From NCBI GenBank assembly GCA_030704615.1, contig CM060734.1:59706001-59770000 (forward strand): a stretch of 64,000 bases of DNA, in the 5' to 3' direction. Under the pieces are notes generated by a model. It had not been told where the DNA came from. It saw only the letters and a list, made by a program, of their open reading frames with translations, and did no database searches. A program made the translations under genes and the position numbers. Shown one piece after another: positions 60,871 to 64,000 of this stretch (the first letter of the stretch is position 1; each line of letters starts with the position of its first letter). The stretch is from Takakia lepidozioides (lineage: Eukaryota > Plantae > Bryophyta).

Positions 60871-63800
60871 GTCTGCCCCCTATCCCACCAGCTCCGCTCA
60901 TCGTCTCTCATGATCAGACTCGACCCTAAAACAAAACAAACATAGCTCCGCCCTGTTCGACGTCTCTCATGATCAGACTCGACACTAAAAGAAAGCAAAC
61001 ACAGCACCGTCCTGTTTGTCGTCTCTCACGATCAAACTCGACACAAAGAAAACCAACAGATGGCAGGGGAGACAAAAAAACGCTATGTCCCCTCTACTCA
61101 TGACTGGATGGTTGAATGTAGCGATAGATGGATGGATTTTGGGTTTTCCATCAATACATCCATCCATTCATTTGTTTTTCCATTTTTTGGCCATTTTAAT
61201 TTCATCCATTCATCCAAAATAAATCTTTAAATAAGTTTCACTGTTAGTTCATCCAATAGCTGCTAGCTCAGCGTTTGCATTATCATTCGTTCCTACGTTC
61301 ATCCAATAGTTGCCAGCAAGGCGTTTGTTGTATCATTCGTTCATATGTTCATCTAGTGCACAAAAGTTATGTTTGATACGTTCATCTAATAGTTGCCAGC
61401 AAGGCATTTGTGTATCATTCGTTGAGATAATACAGTTGTTTTGTTTCACTAACCTTAACCAGCAGTCGATTAGTTTAACTGTTAATCTGCTAGGTCAGTG
61501 AAACAATAGTTAAATATTTTTACTACTTATTATCCTCATACTTAACACTGCGACCTAACAACCCTAAATTCGAGCACATTCATCCTAATTCATCCTAGTT
61601 CACTAATCCTAATTCATCTTAATCATTCATTCATCCATTCATTCATTCCTTCACAGGGTGTGGCTTAGTGCCCGTGAGCAATGATATGTTGACACATCGT
61701 CATTTGCAATCACATCCTGCATATGTTTCATCCATTTATGTTTGCATTGTCCACATAGACACTCCTTGGGCAACCGGCAATTGCCACGTGCAGGCGTGAA
61801 TACTGGCAGTCATACATTCCCATGCCCACGTCATCCCGTTGCAGTTTTGGCCATGACTCCTAGTCATATCTACCATCTTCCCCTATCTGGTCAAACGTGT
61901 TTGACCGCAGATCCTGACGTGGCGGAGATACAAGGTGGCATATACGACTTCTGGTGGTCACAATTGGCAACCAGGACTGCCCCCTTACATTTTGTAGACA
62001 TATATGGTACGACTTGGCAAATGTGGCAGACGTTAAAGCCGGGATCTGTTGTAGTGCTTGTGTTCATGATATGCATACTAATGGAATTCCATCCTCATAA
62101 GGATGTGAAGATGCCTAAGAACAATATACGTGGGGCTGCTCATGGCTTGAACTGGCATGCAACAGTCTCATGGACTGCTGCTCTAGGGCTTGCGATTGTC
62201 ATCAGATAAAATCATGGAATTGATGCATGCTTGATTGCTTTTACATGCAAGTTGGAGAGCCACTGCAACTTTGGGATGAATCATACCGTACATAATGTAT
62301 ATTGGGAATGAATGAAGATTAGAAGTTATCATATTATGAATGAAAACACATACAAAAAGTATGAGTGCATATGTGCATATAGTGCCTGTACACTCATGTT
62401 TACTTATGAGTGTCGTCTGCACACTGTGCTATTTGCAGTATGAATGAAGTAGTCGAAATCCAGGGTTCTGTTCTCTTTATAATTCATTGCAGCCGGAGAA
62501 GCACGGAAGGGGTGATGACCCACAAACAAAGGACATCCAAGCAGCAAACGTCACAATTCTTCTGCCAATGGCAACCATGGTGTTGGCCAGTAGTGGCATC
62601 AACCCTCACCAAGCCGAGATCCCCTCCATGATATTCATGTGCAGAATTCATGATTTCATGTCTCACATGAGATAGTTGTAGGAAACGTGGGGAATATATG
62701 GCCAGATTCCAGAGAGAATGCAGTAGCAAACATTTGGTGGGAATGGGTCATGGATGACCACCATGCCAACAGCCAATGTCTTCAAGCAGTTTCAGGAATC
62801 TGCCCTACAGATAAATCTCATCCCATTTTGGAACCCCAAATGAGTACCAAACCTACAACCAACACACATGTGACTGAAACCATCTGGCCCTACCTTGGGC
62901 TGGTTTGTTACTGGGTTTGAAGGGTCCAAGCATTGGCTTGATGAAAAAGATCGTGCTTTGACCCCTTGTTGCCATTCACGTTCTGGGCAGAGGCAAGTCA
63001 CCATGCACTATCACTGTTGGTTCCAAACACCACCAACATGGCTCAAAGAGTTCAAAATGAGTTGGTATCTATAACATGGATTTATATTAGTTGGCAAGGA
63101 AATTGCTGTGATACATAAATCAGTTACCCGCGTTGGTCTGTAAGGCTTACTAGTACCTTGGTCCTTGGTGACCATGGGGCTCATCCTGGAAATACATCAG
63201 CAATGTCATCACCAAATTTTCTTGCAATGACCTCCATGGGCTTTGCTGCCAGAGAGCAGGCACCTTTGGAGGATTGTGAGAGACAGTGGATGACCATAGG
63301 TGCCTAATCAATGAGATGGAGTTTAGAGCAACACATTATGGAAATGGTGCATATGGAGACACAAATCAATTGTACATTTAATTAAGAATGGGAGCGCACA
63401 TAGTTTGTATGAACAGATCATTTGTTGTCTTTGGGGTTGTGTCTTTCTTTTGCCAATGATTCACAGGAAGCTGAAGCAAGTGGCTAATATCTTCTGGCAG
63501 CTTTTTAAAAATGTAGCCAGTTTTTTAGCTTCACATGTTTGAATCATCTTCTTTAACAGAGTTTAACAGAGTTTTTCAGCTTTGATGCACCAGGTTCATG
63601 GACCCTTGCCCTTGTGTAGGCCTCGCATATGAGGGACTCGTATTCATCAGTATCATATGTCTAGTGGTATTCCCTCCGCTTCTCTAGCATTTTGCTCTCC
63701 TTCATCGTGATAGCTACGTCTGCCAGCACTTGTAGTAGCGTGAAAACCTACACAGCCAATGCCTAGCATAAATCCTCAGCAAGGTATAAATGATGCGAAC

Positions 63801-64000
63801 TGTAATTGTATGCATAGCTGCAACTGAACCCAACCCTAAACCTCTGACAATGGTATGCATGTCATTTATCCTAAACCCTAAACCCCAAAACATCATGAAT
63901 GGATTACATATAATATGAAATATATCAATAATATGGAGAGTGATCATGGACCAAAGTAGTGACCTAAGTTGTTATGGAAGGAAAAAAAAACGATAGAACA

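Larger units (their letters stand above)
26262..62056. mobile_element. Giant CACTA (En/Spm) element with nested insertions
   Basis: TIR CACTACAACAGATCCCGGCTTT(T/A)ACGTCTGC at both ends; 3-bp TSD CTT at 26259-26261 and 62057-62059. Spans an assembly gap. Confidence 0.85.

Noticed and set aside
62100-63700. Possible degenerate coding or transposase remnant
   Set aside because: No motif could be recognised with confidence.

Overview
Transposon-dense, gene-poor region of a seed-free land-plant nuclear genome, inferred from PLS-class PPR pseudogenes, spliceosomal introns and a plastid VTE3 fragment; there is a 500-N gap at 52878-53377. No intact host gene is evident. The window has three nested layers. 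(1) A Mutator-like DNA transposon (1079-23010, 9-11 bp TSD) carries a GCM/DDE/SWIM transposase and two spliced cargo genes: a beta-class N4C/N6A DNA-methyltransferase-like gene and a ParB/Srx-fold (DGNHR) gene whose two long introns hold about 11 copies of a 20-bp palindrome. (2) Inside it sits a very young Ty3/Gypsy retrotransposon (3364-14666). It encodes a DNMT3-like C5 methyltransferase between protease and RT, a PHD finger at the integrase C-terminus, and an in-frame UAG in a CARYYA readthrough context. It has a self-complementary primer site and split terminal repeats (A-internal-B-A-B) with a palindromic internal junction and a 4-bp TSD. (3) A ~35.8 kb CACTA element (26262-62056, CTT TSD) encloses a second CACTA pair, a transposase remnant, OSB-PDF/PPR gene fragments and several nested Gypsy elements, one with a ~1200-aa extra ORF. 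All motif calls were made by eye; no database search was run.
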